Assembly: GCA_050181585.1 (NCBI GenBank)
Contig: JBFXDA010000013.1
Location: 21,409 to 85,408, forward strand
Length of the DNA stretch: 64,000 nucleotides
Direction of reading: 5' to 3'
Source of the DNA: Reyranellaceae bacterium
Lineage (GTDB): Bacteria; Pseudomonadota; Alphaproteobacteria; Reyranellales; JAQSWP01
The notes under the pieces are model-generated. The model did no database searches. It worked only from the letters and a program-made list of their open reading frames with translations, and was not told the DNA's origin. Shown piece after piece: positions 11,664 through 22,684 of the stretch. The position numbers and the translations under genes are program-made. Each line of letters opens with the position of its first letter. Position 1 is the stretch's first letter.

Positions 11664-13058
11664 ATGGCGAACGATTACGTGGTCAAGGACATCGCTCTGG
11701 CCGGGTGGGGCCGCAAGGAGCTCGACATGGCCGAGACCGAGATGCCCGGTCTGATGGCCACGCGCGAGGAATTCGGCAGGAGCCAGCCGCTGAAGGGCGC
11801 GCGCATCGCCGGCTCGCTGCACATGACGATCCAGACCGGCGTGCTGATCGAGACGCTGAAGGCGCTGGGTGCGGACGTGCGCTGGGCCTCGTGCAACATC
11901 TATTCGACCCAGGACCACGCCGCCGCCGCCATCGCCGCCGCCGGCACGCCGGTCTTCGCCGTCAAGGGCGAGTCGCTGGAGGAGTACTGGGACTACACGC
12001 ACCGCATCTTCGAATGGGCCGATGGCGGCGCGCCCAACATGATCCTCGACGACGGCGGCGATGCGACGCTCTTGGTGCATCTGGGCATGCAGGCGGAGAA
12101 GGATGCCTCCGTCATCGCCAAGCCGACCAATGAAGAGGAGACCGTCCTCTTCGCCGCCATCGCCAGGAAGCTGAAGAGCAGCCCCGGCTGGTACGCCAAG
12201 ATGGGCACCGCCATCAAAGGCGTCACCGAAGAGACCACGACCGGCGTGCATCGCCTCTACATCATGGCCAAGGAAGGCCGCCTGCTGTTCCCCGCCATCA
12301 ACGTCAACGATTCGGTGACCAAGTCCAAGTTCGACAATCTCTACGGCTGCCGCGAGAGCCTGGTCGACGGCATCCGCCGCGGCACCGACGTGATGATGGC
12401 CGGCAAGGTCGCCGTGGTGGCCGGCTTCGGCGATGTCGGCAAGGGCTCGGCCGCCAGCCTGCGCAACGCCGGCTGCCGCGTCATGGTGACCGAGATCGAT
12501 CCGATCTGCGCCCTGCAGGCGGCGATGGAAGGCTACCAGGTGGTGACCATGGACGAGGCCGCGCCGGTCGGCGACATTTTCGTCACCGCCACCGGCAACA
12601 TCGACGTCATCACCATCGACCACATGCGGGCGATGAAGCACCGCGCCATCGTCTGCAACATCGGCCATTTCGACAGCGAGATCCAGATCGGGGCGCTCAG
12701 GAACTACAAGTGGCACAACGTCAAGCCGCAGGTCGACGAGGTCGAGTTCAACGACGGCAAGCGCATCATCGTGCTGTCCGAAGGCCGCCTGGTGAATTTG
12801 GGCAACGCCACCGGCCATCCCAGCTTCGTCATGAGCGCCTCCTTCACCAACCAGGTGCTGGCGCAGATCGAGCTGTGGACCAACCAGGGCAAGTACCAGA
12901 AGCAGGTCTACACCCTGCCCAAGCATCTCGACGAGAAGGTCGCCAGTCTGCATCTGGCCAAGGTCGGCGCGCATCTCACCAAGCTGACCAAACAGCAATC
13001 GCAGTACCTGGGCGTCGCCGAAGCCGGCCCGTTCAAGCCCGACCACTATCGCTACTAG
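11664..13058 (+). CDS. ahcY: Adenosylhomocysteinase
   Basis: [46 protein letters not shown]. Confidence 0.98.
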   Translation: MANDYVVKDIALAGWGRKELDMAETEMPGLMATREEFGRSQPLKGARIAGSLHMTIQTGVLIETLKALGADVRWASCNIYSTQDHAAAAIAAAGTPVFAVKGESLEEYWDYTHRIFEWADGGAPNMILDDGGDATLLVHLGMQAEKDASVIAKPTNEEETVLFAAIARKLKSSPGWYAKMGTAIKGVTEETTTGVHRLYIMAKEGRLLFPAINVNDSVTKSKFDNLYGCRESLVDGIRRGTDVMMAGKVAVVAGFGDVGKGSAASLRNAGCRVMVTEIDPICALQAAMEGYQVVTMDEAAPVGDIFVTATGNIDVITIDHMRAMKHRAIVCNIGHFDSEIQIGALRNYKWHNVKPQVDEVEFNDGKRIIVLSEGRLVNLGNATGHPSFVMSASFTNQVLAQIELWTNQGKYQKQVYTLPKHLDEKVASLHLAKVGAHLTKLTKQQSQYLGVAEAGPFKPDHYRY

Positions 13059-13066
13059 CCTTAGCC

Positions 13067-13350
13067 GTCATCGCCCGGCTCGACCGGGCGACCCATGTCG
13101 ATGCCAGCACCTCACCTTCCGGTCGAGAACGATATCGCAGCAGGCATGGATGGCCCGGTCGAAGCCGGGCCATGACGAAATTGGGACGGAACAGCGCCAA
13201 ACAGTTAGGGCAATTCTAGTCTTGGCCGTCATCGCCCGGCTTGACCGGGCGACCCATGTCGATGCCGGCGCCTTCACCTTCCGGTCGAGGGCGATAGCGC
13301 AGCAGATATGGATGGCCCGGTCGAAGCCGGGCCATGACGGAATTGGGACG
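13067..13350. repeat. Tandem pair of REP-doublet (palindromic) elements, period about 161 bp
   Basis: gtcatcgcccggc(t/c)...gaccgggcgaccca - spacer - atggatggcccggtcgaagccgggccatgac at 13067-13176 and 13228-13338. Confidence 0.85.
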
Positions 13351-13438
13351 CAATAGATGAACCAGCGGGAAGCAGTTGGGGCATTTCAAGAACGCGCGCC
13401 TGTTGCCTGCGTCCCGCTTGCGCCCTACAACCGGGCGC

Positions 13439-13909
13439 ATGCCGGCCCTGCCGCTTTTGAGAACCATCGACCTGCCCGATGCAACGGCCAGCGAGACGCT
13501 GGGCGCGCGGCTGGCGCCGCTGCTGCGCCGGCGCGACGTGGTGGCGCTGCAGGGCGATCTGGGGGCGGGCAAGACCACCCTGGCGCGCGGGCTGCTGCGC
13601 ACGCTGGCCGGCGATCCCGCGATGGACGTGCCCAGCCCCACCTTCACCCTGGTCGAAATCTACGAGTTCCCCGCGCTGGCGGTCTGGCATTTCGACCTCT
13701 ACCGGCTGAAGCAGCCGGAAGACGCCTGGGAGCTGGGGCTGGAGCAGGCGCTGGGCGAAGCGGCCAGCCTGATCGAATGGCCGGAGCGGCTGGGCCGCCT
13801 GCTGCCCGCGCAACGGCTCGACGTCAGATTGCAGGCGCAAGGCGAAGGCCGGCGCGCCGAACTGGCCGGCGGCGGCGACTGGGCGCAGCGGCTGCAGGCG
13901 CTGGCATGA
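13439..13909 (+). CDS. tsaE: tRNA threonylcarbamoyladenosine biosynthesis ATPase TsaE
   Basis: LQGDLGAGKTT, VPSPTFTLVEIY, HFDLYRL, LIEWPERL. Confidence 0.93.
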   Translation: MPALPLLRTIDLPDATASETLGARLAPLLRRRDVVALQGDLGAGKTTLARGLLRTLAGDPAMDVPSPTFTLVEIYEFPALAVWHFDLYRLKQPEDAWELGLEQALGEAASLIEWPERLGRLLPAQRLDVRLQAQGEGRRAELAGGGDWAQRLQALA

Positions 13910-14904
13910 GCGAACGCGCACAATTGCGCCAGGATTTCCTGGCGCGGCAGGGCCTGCACGATGCCCGCATCGCGCCCCTGGCCGGCGATGCCTCCTTCCG
14001 CCGCTATTTCCGGCTGGCCGCGCCGTCGGGCTCGCTGGTGCTGATGGATGCGCCGCCGCCGCAGGAGGACGTGCGCCCCTTCGCCCGGCTGGCCCGCCAT
14101 CTCGACGGGCTGGGCTTCTCCGTGCCGCGCGTGCTGGGCGAGGACGCCGAACACGGCTTCCTGCTGCTGGAGGATTTCGGCGACCTCACCTATTCGCGCG
14201 CCCTGCAAGAGGGCGCCGACGAACGCGAACTCTACGCGCTGGCGGTCGACGTGCTGCTGGCGCTGCACGAGATCCCCGCCAGCCGCGCGCTGCTGCCCGG
14301 TCTGCCGCGCTACGAGACCGAGGAGATGGCCGACAAGGCCGGGCTGCTGATGGAGTGGTATCCCCGTCTGGCGACCGGAACGCCGGCCGATGCCGCGCTG
14401 TGCGAGGAATATCGCGCGCTGTGGCGGCAGGTGCTGCCCGCACTCGACGCCGGCCCGCGCACGCTGGTGCTGCGCGACTACCATGTCGACAACCTGATGC
14501 TGCTGCCCGATCGCGCCGGCATCCGCCGCTGCGGGCTGCTGGATTTTCAGGATGCGGCGCGCGGGGCGACCGCTTACGATCTGGCGTCGCTGATCGAGGA
14601 CGCCCGTCGCGACATCGATCCGGTTCTCTATCGCACCATGCTCGACCGCTACCTGAATTCCCTCGCCCCCGCCGACCGCCTCGAGTTCCTGGCCGCCCTG
14701 GCGATCTGCGCCGCGCAGCGCCATAGCCGGGTGATCGGCGTTTTCGCGCGGCTGAAACTGCGCGACGACAAGGGCCATTACCTGCAGCATCTGCCGCGGC
14801 TGTGGCGCCTGTTCGAGCGCGCCCTGCGGCACGAGGCGCTGGCGCCGCTGCGCCGGTTCGTCGACCGCCACATCCCCACCGCCCAGCGCCAGGGGGCGGC
14901 ATGA
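13906..14904 (+). CDS. amgK: Aminoglycoside-phosphotransferase-family MurNAc/GlcNAc kinase (AmgK-like)
   Basis: LAGDASFRRYFR, LMDAPP, LLLEDFGD, LRDYHVDNLM, LLDFQDA; ATGA overlap with tsaE. Confidence 0.85.
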   Translation: MSERAQLRQDFLARQGLHDARIAPLAGDASFRRYFRLAAPSGSLVLMDAPPPQEDVRPFARLARHLDGLGFSVPRVLGEDAEHGFLLLEDFGDLTYSRALQEGADERELYALAVDVLLALHEIPASRALLPGLPRYETEEMADKAGLLMEWYPRLATGTPADAALCEEYRALWRQVLPALDAGPRTLVLRDYHVDNLMLLPDRAGIRRCGLLDFQDAARGATAYDLASLIEDARRDIDPVLYRTMLDRYLNSLAPADRLEFLAALAICAAQRHSRVIGVFARLKLRDDKGHYLQHLPRLWRLFERALRHEALAPLRRFVDRHIPTAQRQGAA

Positions 14905-15641
14905 GCGGCATACCCGTTCCCCCCCGCGCCATGGTGCTGGCGGCCGGGCTGGGCCAGCGCATGCGGCCGCTGTCCGACAGCCGGCCCAAGGCGCTGATCG
15001 AGGTCGCCGGCCGCGCCCTGCTCGACCGCGCGCTGGACCGGCTGCAGGAGGCGGGCGTCGCCGATTGCGTCGTCAACGTCCATCATCTGGCGCCGATGAT
15101 GGAGAAGCACCTGTCGGGGCGCGCCGCGCCGCGGATCGCGCTGTCGCACGAGACCGAATTGCTGGAAACCGGCGGCGGGGTGAAAAAGGCGCTGCCGCTG
15201 CTCGGCCCCGATCCGTTCTTCGTCGTCAATTGCGATGCGCTGTGGCTGGACGGGCCGCGGCCGATGCTGAAGCGGCTGGCGCACAGCTTCGATCCCGCGC
15301 GCATGGACGCGCTGCTGCTGCTGCATCCCATGGTCATCGCCCACGGCTTCGAGGGCGTGGGCGACTATTTCATGGGCCCGGACGGAGCGCTGCGGCGCCG
15401 CCGCGGCGAGACCATCGCCCCCTTCGTCTATGCCGGCGCGCAGATCCTGACGCCGGGGCTGTTCAAGGCCGCGCCCGACGGGCCCTTCTCGCTGCGCCTG
15501 CTCTACGACCGGGCGGAAGAGAACGGCCGGCTGTTCGGCATGCGCCATGACGGGGAGTGGTACCATGTCGGCACGCCCGAGGCGGTGAGCGCCACCGAGG
15601 AGCTGCTGACCGGCCGCCCGCGCCAGAGCATCGGCCCGTGA
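14901..15641 (+). CDS. murU: Nucleotidyltransferase (MurU-like)
   Basis: AMVLAAGLGQRMRPLSDSRPKALIEV, LLETGGGV, WYHVGTP. Confidence 0.85.
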   Translation: MSGIPVPPRAMVLAAGLGQRMRPLSDSRPKALIEVAGRALLDRALDRLQEAGVADCVVNVHHLAPMMEKHLSGRAAPRIALSHETELLETGGGVKKALPLLGPDPFFVVNCDALWLDGPRPMLKRLAHSFDPARMDALLLLHPMVIAHGFEGVGDYFMGPDGALRRRRGETIAPFVYAGAQILTPGLFKAAPDGPFSLRLLYDRAEENGRLFGMRHDGEWYHVGTPEAVSATEELLTGRPRQSIGP

Positions 15642-18600
15642 GCCAGGCGGCGAAGACCGCCCTGCAAGGCGTCTTCTCCATCGACGCCGCCCTGCCCTTC
15701 GCCGACGCGCTGGCCGCCGGCATCCTGCACCGTTACGGCGCGACACCAGAGAAACTCGCCGACGTGCTGATCCTGCTGCCGACGCGGCGCGCCGCGCGCG
15801 CCCTGCGCGAGGCGTTCCTGCGCCAGAGCGCGGGACAGGCCCTGCTGCTGCCGCGCCTGGCGCCGCTGGGCGACGTCGAGGAGGACGAGCTGATCCTGGC
15901 CGACGGCATCGGCGAGACGCTCGACGCGGCGATCCCGCCCGCGCTCGATGCGATGGAACGGCTGGGGCTGCTGACGCAGCTCGTTCTGCGGCGCGCCAAG
16001 GCCGAAGGCGCGCAACAATGGGGCGTCGCCACCGCCGCGCAGGCGGCGGCGCTGGCGGGCGAACTGGCCCGCCTGCTCGATTCGCTGCAGATCGAAGACG
16101 TCGCGATCGACCGGCTCGAGGGCCTGGTGCCCGACCGCTATGCCGCGCATTGGCAGATCACGCTCGAATTCCTCAAGATCCTGTCCGAGCACTGGCCGCG
16201 AATCCTACAGGAGCGCAACGCGCTCGATCCGGCGGCGCGGCGCAATCTGCTGCTGCGCCGCCAGGCCGAACTGTGGCGCCAGTCGCCGCCGCCGCATCCG
16301 GTGATCGCCGCCGGCTCCACCGGCTCGATTCCCGCCACGCGCGATCTGCTGGCCGCCATCGCGCGCCTGCCGTGCGGCGCGGTGGTGCTGCCCGGGCTCG
16401 ACCGCCATCTCGGCGAGGAGCAATGGGCGGCGCTGGAGCAGCCGCATCCGCAATTCGGCCTGCGCCTGCTGCTCGAAGCGCTGGGCCTGGCGCGCCGCCA
16501 GGTCGCCGACTGGCCCGCGCCCGGCATCGCCGGCGCGCAAGCGGCGCGGGTGCGGTTGTGGTCGCAGGCGCTGCAGCCGGCCACCGAACAGGCGGCGTTG
16601 CCGCCGGTGCCGCTCGACGGGCTGGACGGCATGGCGCGCCTGGAATGCCCCACGCCGCAGGCCGAGGCGCTGGCCATCGCCTTGCGCCTGCGCGAGGCGC
16701 TGGAGATGCCGGGGCGCAGCGCCGCCCTGGTGACGGCGGATCGCGACCTGGCGCGCCGCGTCGCCGTCGAGCTGCGGCGCTGGGACATCGCCATCGACGA
16801 TTCCGCCGGCACGCCGCTGATGGACACGCCGCCGGCCGTGCTCCTGCGGCTGATCGGCGAGGCGGTCGAGAACACGCTGGCGCCGGTGCCGCTGCTGGCG
16901 CTGCTGCAGCATCCGCTATGCGCCTTGGGATTGGCGCGCGAGGAGCTGCGCGAGCAGGCGCGGCTGCTGGACCGGCGCGTGCTGCGCGGGCCACGCCCCG
17001 ATGCCGGCGCCGACGGCCTGCGCCGCGCCGTGGCCGGGCGGTTCGACGAGGCCGATGCGCTGTTCGGCAGACTGATGGACCTGATCGCGCGGCTGGAGCG
17101 GGCGCTGGCGCCGCTGCGGGAAGCCATGGCCGGCGAGACGGCCGGCGTGCCCGATCTGGCGCGCGCCCTGGCGCAAGCGGGCGAAGCCGTCGCCGCCAGC
17201 GATGCCGCGCCGGGCGACCGCCTGCTGTGGCGCGGCGATGCCGGCCTGGCGGCGGCCGAGCTGATGGCGCAACTGATCGCGCGCGGCACCAGCTTCGGGT
17301 CCGTGCGCGGCGCGGACTGGCCGGGGCTGTTCGCCGAACTGGCCGGCGCCCAGGTGGTGCGCCCGCGCCGCGGCCTGCATCCGCGCCTGTTCATCTGGGG
17401 GCCGCTGGAAGCCCGCCTGCAGCGCGCCGACCTGATGATTCTGGGCGGGCTGAACGAAGGGAGCTGGCCGCCGCTGGTCGATACCGGCCCGTGGCTGACG
17501 CGGCCGATGCGCCTGGAGTTGGGCCTGCCGCTGCCCGAACGCCGCATCGGCCTGGCGGCGCACGATTTCGTGCAGGCGGCCAGCGCGCCGCAGGTGGTGC
17601 TGACCCGGGCCGAACGCGCCGAGGGTGCCCCCACCGTCAAGGCGCGCTGGCTGGCGCGGCTGGAGGCGCTGCTGGGCGATGGCGGACAGGCGCCGGACCG
17701 GCGTGCCGGCGCGCCCTGGCTGCACTGGGCCGATGCGCTCGACCGGCCGGCTGCCGTCGCGCCCGTCCGACCGCCGCGCCCGACCCCGCCGCTGGCCGCC
17801 CGCCCGCGCGCGCTGTCGGTGACGTCGGTGGAATTGTGGCGGCGCGATCCCTATGCGCTCTATGCCCGCGACATTCTTAAACTGCGCGTGCTCGATCCGC
17901 TCGACATGGATCCCACCGCGCGCGATCGCGGCACGCTGATGCACGACGTGCTGGACGAATTCCTGCGCACCCATGCCGGCCGCGTGACGGCGCAGTCGGA
18001 GCAGGCGCTGCTGGCGCTGGGCCGCGAGCGTTTCCGCCAGTTGCTCGACCGTCCCGCCGAACGCGCCTTCTGGTGGCCGCGCTTCGAGCGCGTGGCGCGC
18101 TGGTTCGTCGCCACCCAGCTCGAGCGGCAGCAGGAGAACGTCGCCCTGGCGCTGACCGAAGCCATGGGCGAGATGCAATGGCGCGGGCCTGCCGGCGCCT
18201 TCACGGTCCGCGCCCGGGCCGATCGCATCGACCGCCTGGCCGACGGCACGCTCGACATCATCGATTACAAGACCGGCACCTCGCCCTCGATCGACGAGGT
18301 GGCGGCGGGCTATGCCCCGCAACTGCCGCTGGAGGCGCTGATCGCCGCCGGCCCCGCCGGCTTCGCCGCCGACGGCGGCGCGCGCGTGCAGGGCCGGGCG
18401 GCGCGGCTCAGCTACTGGCGCCTGCGCGGCACGCAGGAGGGCGGTGACATCGAGGACGTGCTGCAAGCGAAGAAGCTTGCCGAACGCATGGCCGAGCGCG
18501 GCCGGCCGGGCGAGAGCGCCGCCGCCACGCTGCTGCGCCTGACCGAGCAGGGACTGGTCGAGCGCATCGCCCGCTACGACGATGCGCGCCCGCCCTATCT

Positions 18601-18691
18601 GTCGCAGCCGCGACCCGATTTCGCCGGCTTTGGCGACTCCGACCCCCTGGCGGGGGTGGCGGAAGGGAGGGTGAGCCAGGGCGACGACTGC
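15638..18691 (+). CDS. addB: Double-strand break repair protein AddB; expected stop reads TGC at 18689-18691 in this sequence
   Basis: GTG start, LPTRRAARAL, IAAGSTGSIPAT, LSVTSVELWRRDPY, RADRID..IIDYKTG; upstream of addA. Confidence 0.88.
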
Positions 18692-18701
18692 GGCCGCCGC
18701 C

Positions 18702-21700
18702 ATGGCCCGCCGCCAGCAGCGCGAGCGCGAGCGCGCCGGGGCGGCCCAGCGCCCGGCCATCGACCCGCAGGTCTCGGCCTGGGTGACGGCCAATGCCGGC
18801 ACCGGCAAGACCAAGGTGCTGACCGACCGGCTGCTGCGCCTGCTGCTGTCGGGCACGCCGCCGTCGAAGATCCTCTGCCTCACCTTCACCAAGGCGGCGG
18901 CGGCGGAGATGCGCAACCGGCTGGCCGCCGCGCTGGGCCGGTGGAGCCGGCTGGACGAAGCGGCGCTGCGCGTCGAACTGGGCAAGATCGTACCGGCCGC
19001 CATCACGCGCGATGCGCTGGCGCGCGCCCGCGGCCTGTTCGCCCGCGTGCTGGACGAGCCCGGCGGCATCTACATCGTCACCCTGCACGCCTTCTGCCAG
19101 GCGGTGCTGCAGCGCTTCCCGCTGGAAGCGCAGGTGCCGCCGCATTTCCAGGTGCTGGACGAGGCGCAGGCCGCCGACCTGCTGCTGGCGGCGCGCGATC
19201 AGGTGCTGGAGCGGGCCGAGACCGAGCCCGCGCTGGCGCAGGCGCTGCGCGTGGTGGCGGCGCGGGTCGATGGCACGCGCTTCGCCGATCTGCTGCAGGC
19301 GGTGCTGTCGCGGCGCACCGCCCTGCAGGCCGTACTGGCCCAGCCGGGCGGCGAACGCCAATACCTGGCCCGGCTGGCCAAACTCTTCGGCCTCAAGCCG
19401 GGCGAGAGCGAGGCGGCGATCCTGGCCGAGATGGGCAACCCGCCGCCGGCACTGGAGCAGCGCCTGCGCGCCTGCTGCGCCGCACTGGCGCGGGGCGCCA
19501 AGACCGACCAGGGGCGCGGCCAGGCGATCGCCGAGCTGCTGGCCGCCGGTGCGGACCGCGAAGGACTGCTGGCCGCCTATTGCAACCAGTTCCTGACGCA
19601 GAAGGGCGAGCCGCGCGCCAGCCTGGCGACCAAGGCGATCGGCGACGATATCCGCCGGACGCTGGCGGAAGAGGCCGAGCGGCTCTGCGCCCTGCAGCGC
19701 AAGCGGCTGAGCGCCGGCGTGGTCGAACGCAGCACGGCGCTGCTGAAACTGGCTTTCGCCGTGATCGGCGCCTTCGAGCGCGCCAAGCAGCAGCGCGCCG
19801 CGCTCGACTACGACGACCTGATCGAACGCACGCGCGCGCTGCTCGACCAGAGCGGCGCGCCGGGCTGGGTGCTCTACAAGCTCGACGGCGGTTTCGATCA
19901 CGTGCTGATCGACGAGGCGCAGGACACCAGCCCGCAGCAATGGGACGTGGTGCGGCGGCTCACCGGCGAGTTCTTCGCCGGCGCCGCGGCGCAGCCGCAG
20001 AAGCGCACGCTGTTCGTGGTCGGCGACCTCAAGCAGTCGATCTACTCCTTCCAGGGCGCCGATCCGGCCAAGTTCGTCGAAATGCATCGCTTCTTCCGCG
20101 ACCGCATCCAGGAGGCGCACGAGGATTTCGAGGACGTGCCGCTGATCGCCTCGTTCCGCTCCACCGCGGCAGTGCTGCAGGCGGTCGACCTGGTTTTCGC
20201 CGCCGGCAGCGCCCGCGACGGCGTGGCGGAGGACGAGGACAACGCAATCGAGCACCGCGCCGTGCGCCTGGGCGAAGCCGGACGGGTCGAGCTGTGGCCG
20301 CTGGTCGAGCCGCTGCCCGACGAGAAGCCGGACCCCTGGCAGGATCCCGCCGAGCAGGAAGGCGCGCTGCCACCGCAACGCCGCCTGGCGCGCCTGATCG
20401 CCGCCCATATCCGGCACCAGATCGACCGCGACGAGCTGCCGTCGCAGAACCGGCGCGTGGCGGCGCGCGACATCATGGTGCTGGTGCAACGGCGCAACGC
20501 GTTCGTCGAGGCGCTGGTGCGCGAACTGAAGGAACGCGGCGTCGGCGTCGCCGGCATCGACCGGCTGAAGCTCACCTCCCATATCGCCGTGATGGACCTG
20601 ATGGCGATCGGCCAGGCCGCCCTGCTGCCGGGCGACGACCTGACGCTGGCCACGGTGCTGAAGGGCCCGCTGGTCGGGCTGAGCGAGGAGGCGCTCTTCA
20701 CCCTGTGCTGGCAGCGGCCGGGCTCGGTGTTCCAGGCGCTGCGGGCGCGGGCGGATGCGGGCGAGGAACCGTTCGCCGGCGCCTGGCGCGTTCTGGCCGC
20801 CGTTTTCGCCCGCGCCGATTTCATGCCGCCGTTCGAATTCTACGGCGAATTGCTGGGCCGCGACGGGGGACGGCTGAAGCTGCTGCAGCGGCTGGGGCCG
20901 GAGGCCGCCGATCCGATCGACGAGTTCCTGGGGCTGGCGCTGTCCTACCAGCGGGGCAGCGCGCCCTCGCTGCAGGCCTTCCTGCACTGGCTGCAGGCGG
21001 GCGAGCCCGTCGTCAAGCGCGAGCTGGAGCAGAGCGCGCGCGACGAGGTGCGCATCATGACGGTGCATGGCGCCAAGGGCCTGCAGGCGCCGATCGTCTA
21101 TCTGCCCGACACCACCTTCAATCCCCTGCAGCGCAGCGAGCCGCTGGTGCCGGGCGGCAAGAGCGAGGACGCGCTGCTGGTCTGGCGCGCCGCGCAGGCC
21201 GACAGCGACCAGACCGCCGACCGGCTGCACGAGGACCGCCAGCAGAGCCGGCGCCGGGAGAACAACCGGCTGCTCTATGTCGCCATGACGCGGGCGGCCG
21301 ACCGGCTGGTGATCTGCGGCGCCCGCGGCAAGCGCGAGATTCCCGACAATTGCTGGTACGCCATGGTGCGCCGCGCGCTCGAAAGCGCGGCCGGAGATGG
21401 CGGCGCGGTGGCGCGCCTGCCCTTCACCCTGGGCGAGCAACTGGCCGGCGATCCCCAGATAACGGGCGATCTGCTGCGGCTGGAAAGCGATGATCTATTG
21501 CGCCCCGAACCGGGCGAAGCCGGCGCGCAGAGCCGGCTGGAGCCGCTGCCGGACTGGGCGCACCGTCCGCCGCTTCCGGAGGAAATTCCGCCGCGCCCGC
21601 TGGCGCCCTCGCGCGGTCCCGAGGACGACAGCGCCGACGCCGGCGAGCCCGCCGCGCTGTCGCCGCTGCAGCCCGACGATCGCCAGCGCTTCGCGCGCGG

Positions 21701-22187
21701 GCTGATCCTGCACCGGCTGCTGCAATACCTGCCCGACCTGCCGCCCGAGCGGCGGCACGCGGCGGCGTCGCGCTACCTGGCGCAGGAGGCCTTGCGGCTC
21801 GACGCGCCGACGCAGGCGCAATGGCGCGAGGAATTGCTGGCGGTGATGGAAGCGCCGGCCCACGCCGCGCTGTTCGGCCCCGGCTCGCGGGCGGAAGTGC
21901 CGTTGACCGGCATCGTCGAGGGCAAGGCCGGGCCCTATGTCGTTTCCGGCCAGGTCGACCGGCTGGTGGTGGGCGAGCGCATCGCCGTCATCGACTACAA
22001 GACCAACCGCCCGCCGCCGACCCGGGTCGAGGACGTCGCCCCGCTCTATCTGCGGCAGATGGCCGCCTATCGCGCCCTGCTGCGCCAGATCTGGCCCGGA
22101 AAGCCCATCGATTGCCTGCTGTTATGGACCGACGGGGCGCGGCTGATGGCGCTGCCGCCAGCCCTGCTGGATGCGCATAGCCCATAG
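18702..22187 (+). CDS. addA: Double-strand break repair helicase/nuclease AddA
   Basis: ANAGTGKTKVL, CLTFTKAAAAEM, LIDEAQDT, VGDLKQSIYSFQGA, MTVHGAKGL, GQVDRL..IDYKTNR. Confidence 0.96.
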   Translation: MARRQQRERERAGAAQRPAIDPQVSAWVTANAGTGKTKVLTDRLLRLLLSGTPPSKILCLTFTKAAAAEMRNRLAAALGRWSRLDEAALRVELGKIVPAAITRDALARARGLFARVLDEPGGIYIVTLHAFCQAVLQRFPLEAQVPPHFQVLDEAQAADLLLAARDQVLERAETEPALAQALRVVAARVDGTRFADLLQAVLSRRTALQAVLAQPGGERQYLARLAKLFGLKPGESEAAILAEMGNPPPALEQRLRACCAALARGAKTDQGRGQAIAELLAAGADREGLLAAYCNQFLTQKGEPRASLATKAIGDDIRRTLAEEAERLCALQRKRLSAGVVERSTALLKLAFAVIGAFERAKQQRAALDYDDLIERTRALLDQSGAPGWVLYKLDGGFDHVLIDEAQDTSPQQWDVVRRLTGEFFAGAAAQPQKRTLFVVGDLKQSIYSFQGADPAKFVEMHRFFRDRIQEAHEDFEDVPLIASFRSTAAVLQAVDLVFAAGSARDGVAEDEDNAIEHRAVRLGEAGRVELWPLVEPLPDEKPDPWQDPAEQEGALPPQRRLARLIAAHIRHQIDRDELPSQNRRVAARDIMVLVQRRNAFVEALVRELKERGVGVAGIDRLKLTSHIAVMDLMAIGQAALLPGDDLTLATVLKGPLVGLSEEALFTLCWQRPGSVFQALRARADAGEEPFAGAWRVLAAVFARADFMPPFEFYGELLGRDGGRLKLLQRLGPEAADPIDEFLGLALSYQRGSAPSLQAFLHWLQAGEPVVKRELEQSARDEVRIMTVHGAKGLQAPIVYLPDTTFNPLQRSEPLVPGGKSEDALLVWRAAQADSDQTADRLHEDRQQSRRRENNRLLYVAMTRAADRLVICGARGKREIPDNCWYAMVRRALESAAGDGGAVARLPFTLGEQLAGDPQITGDLLRLESDDLLRPEPGEAGAQSRLEPLPDWAHRPPLPEEIPPRPLAPSRGPEDDSADAGEPAALSPLQPDDRQRFARGLILHRLLQYLPDLPPERRHAAASRYLAQEALRLDAPTQAQWREELLAVMEAPAHAALFGPGSRAEVPLTGIVEGKAGPYVVSGQVDRLVVGERIAVIDYKTNRPPPTRVEDVAPLYLRQMAAYRALLRQIWPGKPIDCLLLWTDGARLMALPPALLDAHSP

Positions 22188-22300
22188 TCCGGACAGGGTT
22201 TCACACTCGCCGTAGCGTGCCTTGACGCTCCCTGCCCCACTCCCTAGCTTTACGGTTCCTTCGATATCCCACCGGGCGGTTCGGCCCCAGGAGCACCCAC

Positions 22301-22621
22301 ATGGCGACGCAGAAAACCACCGATCAGGACTTCGAGCAGGACGTGCTGAAGGCCAGCGGCCCCGTGCTGGTGGATTTCTGGGCCGAGTGGTGCGGGCCGT
22401 GCAAGATGATCGGCCCGGTGCTGGAAGACGTCTCGACCGAGATGGCAGGCAAGCTGAAGATCGTCAAGCTGAACATCGACGAAAACCCGAACGTGCCGAC
22501 CAAGTTCGGCATCCGCTCGATCCCGACCCTGATCATGTTCAAGGACGGCAAGCCCGCCGCCCAGAAGATCGGCGCCGAACCCAAGGCGCGGCTGGTGCAG
22601 TGGATCCAGTCGGTGCTGTAA
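22301..22621 (+). CDS. trxA: Thioredoxin
   Basis: [14 protein letters not shown]. Confidence 0.97.
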   Translation: MATQKTTDQDFEQDVLKASGPVLVDFWAEWCGPCKMIGPVLEDVSTEMAGKLKIVKLNIDENPNVPTKFGIRSIPTLIMFKDGKPAAQKIGAEPKARLVQWIQSVL

Positions 22622-22646
22622 AGCGCTGCGCAGAGTTCCAAACGAG

Positions 22647-22670
22647 AAGGCCCGCTTCGGCGGGCCTTTT
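22647..22670. terminator. Intrinsic terminator after trxA
   Basis: aaggcccgc-ttcg-gcgggcctt followed by tt. Confidence 0.8.
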
Positions 22671-22684
22671 GCTTTGCCGGTCAG

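Noticed and set aside
13068-13356. Short ORFs (69 aa, 68 aa) downstream of ahcY
   Set aside because: They are translations of the palindromic repeats, with no RBS or family signal.
15557-21493. 1978-aa ORF suggesting a giant AddB fusion
   Set aside because: After about 18690 the translation is low-complexity, off-frame addA sequence. It is best explained by a lost stop codon.
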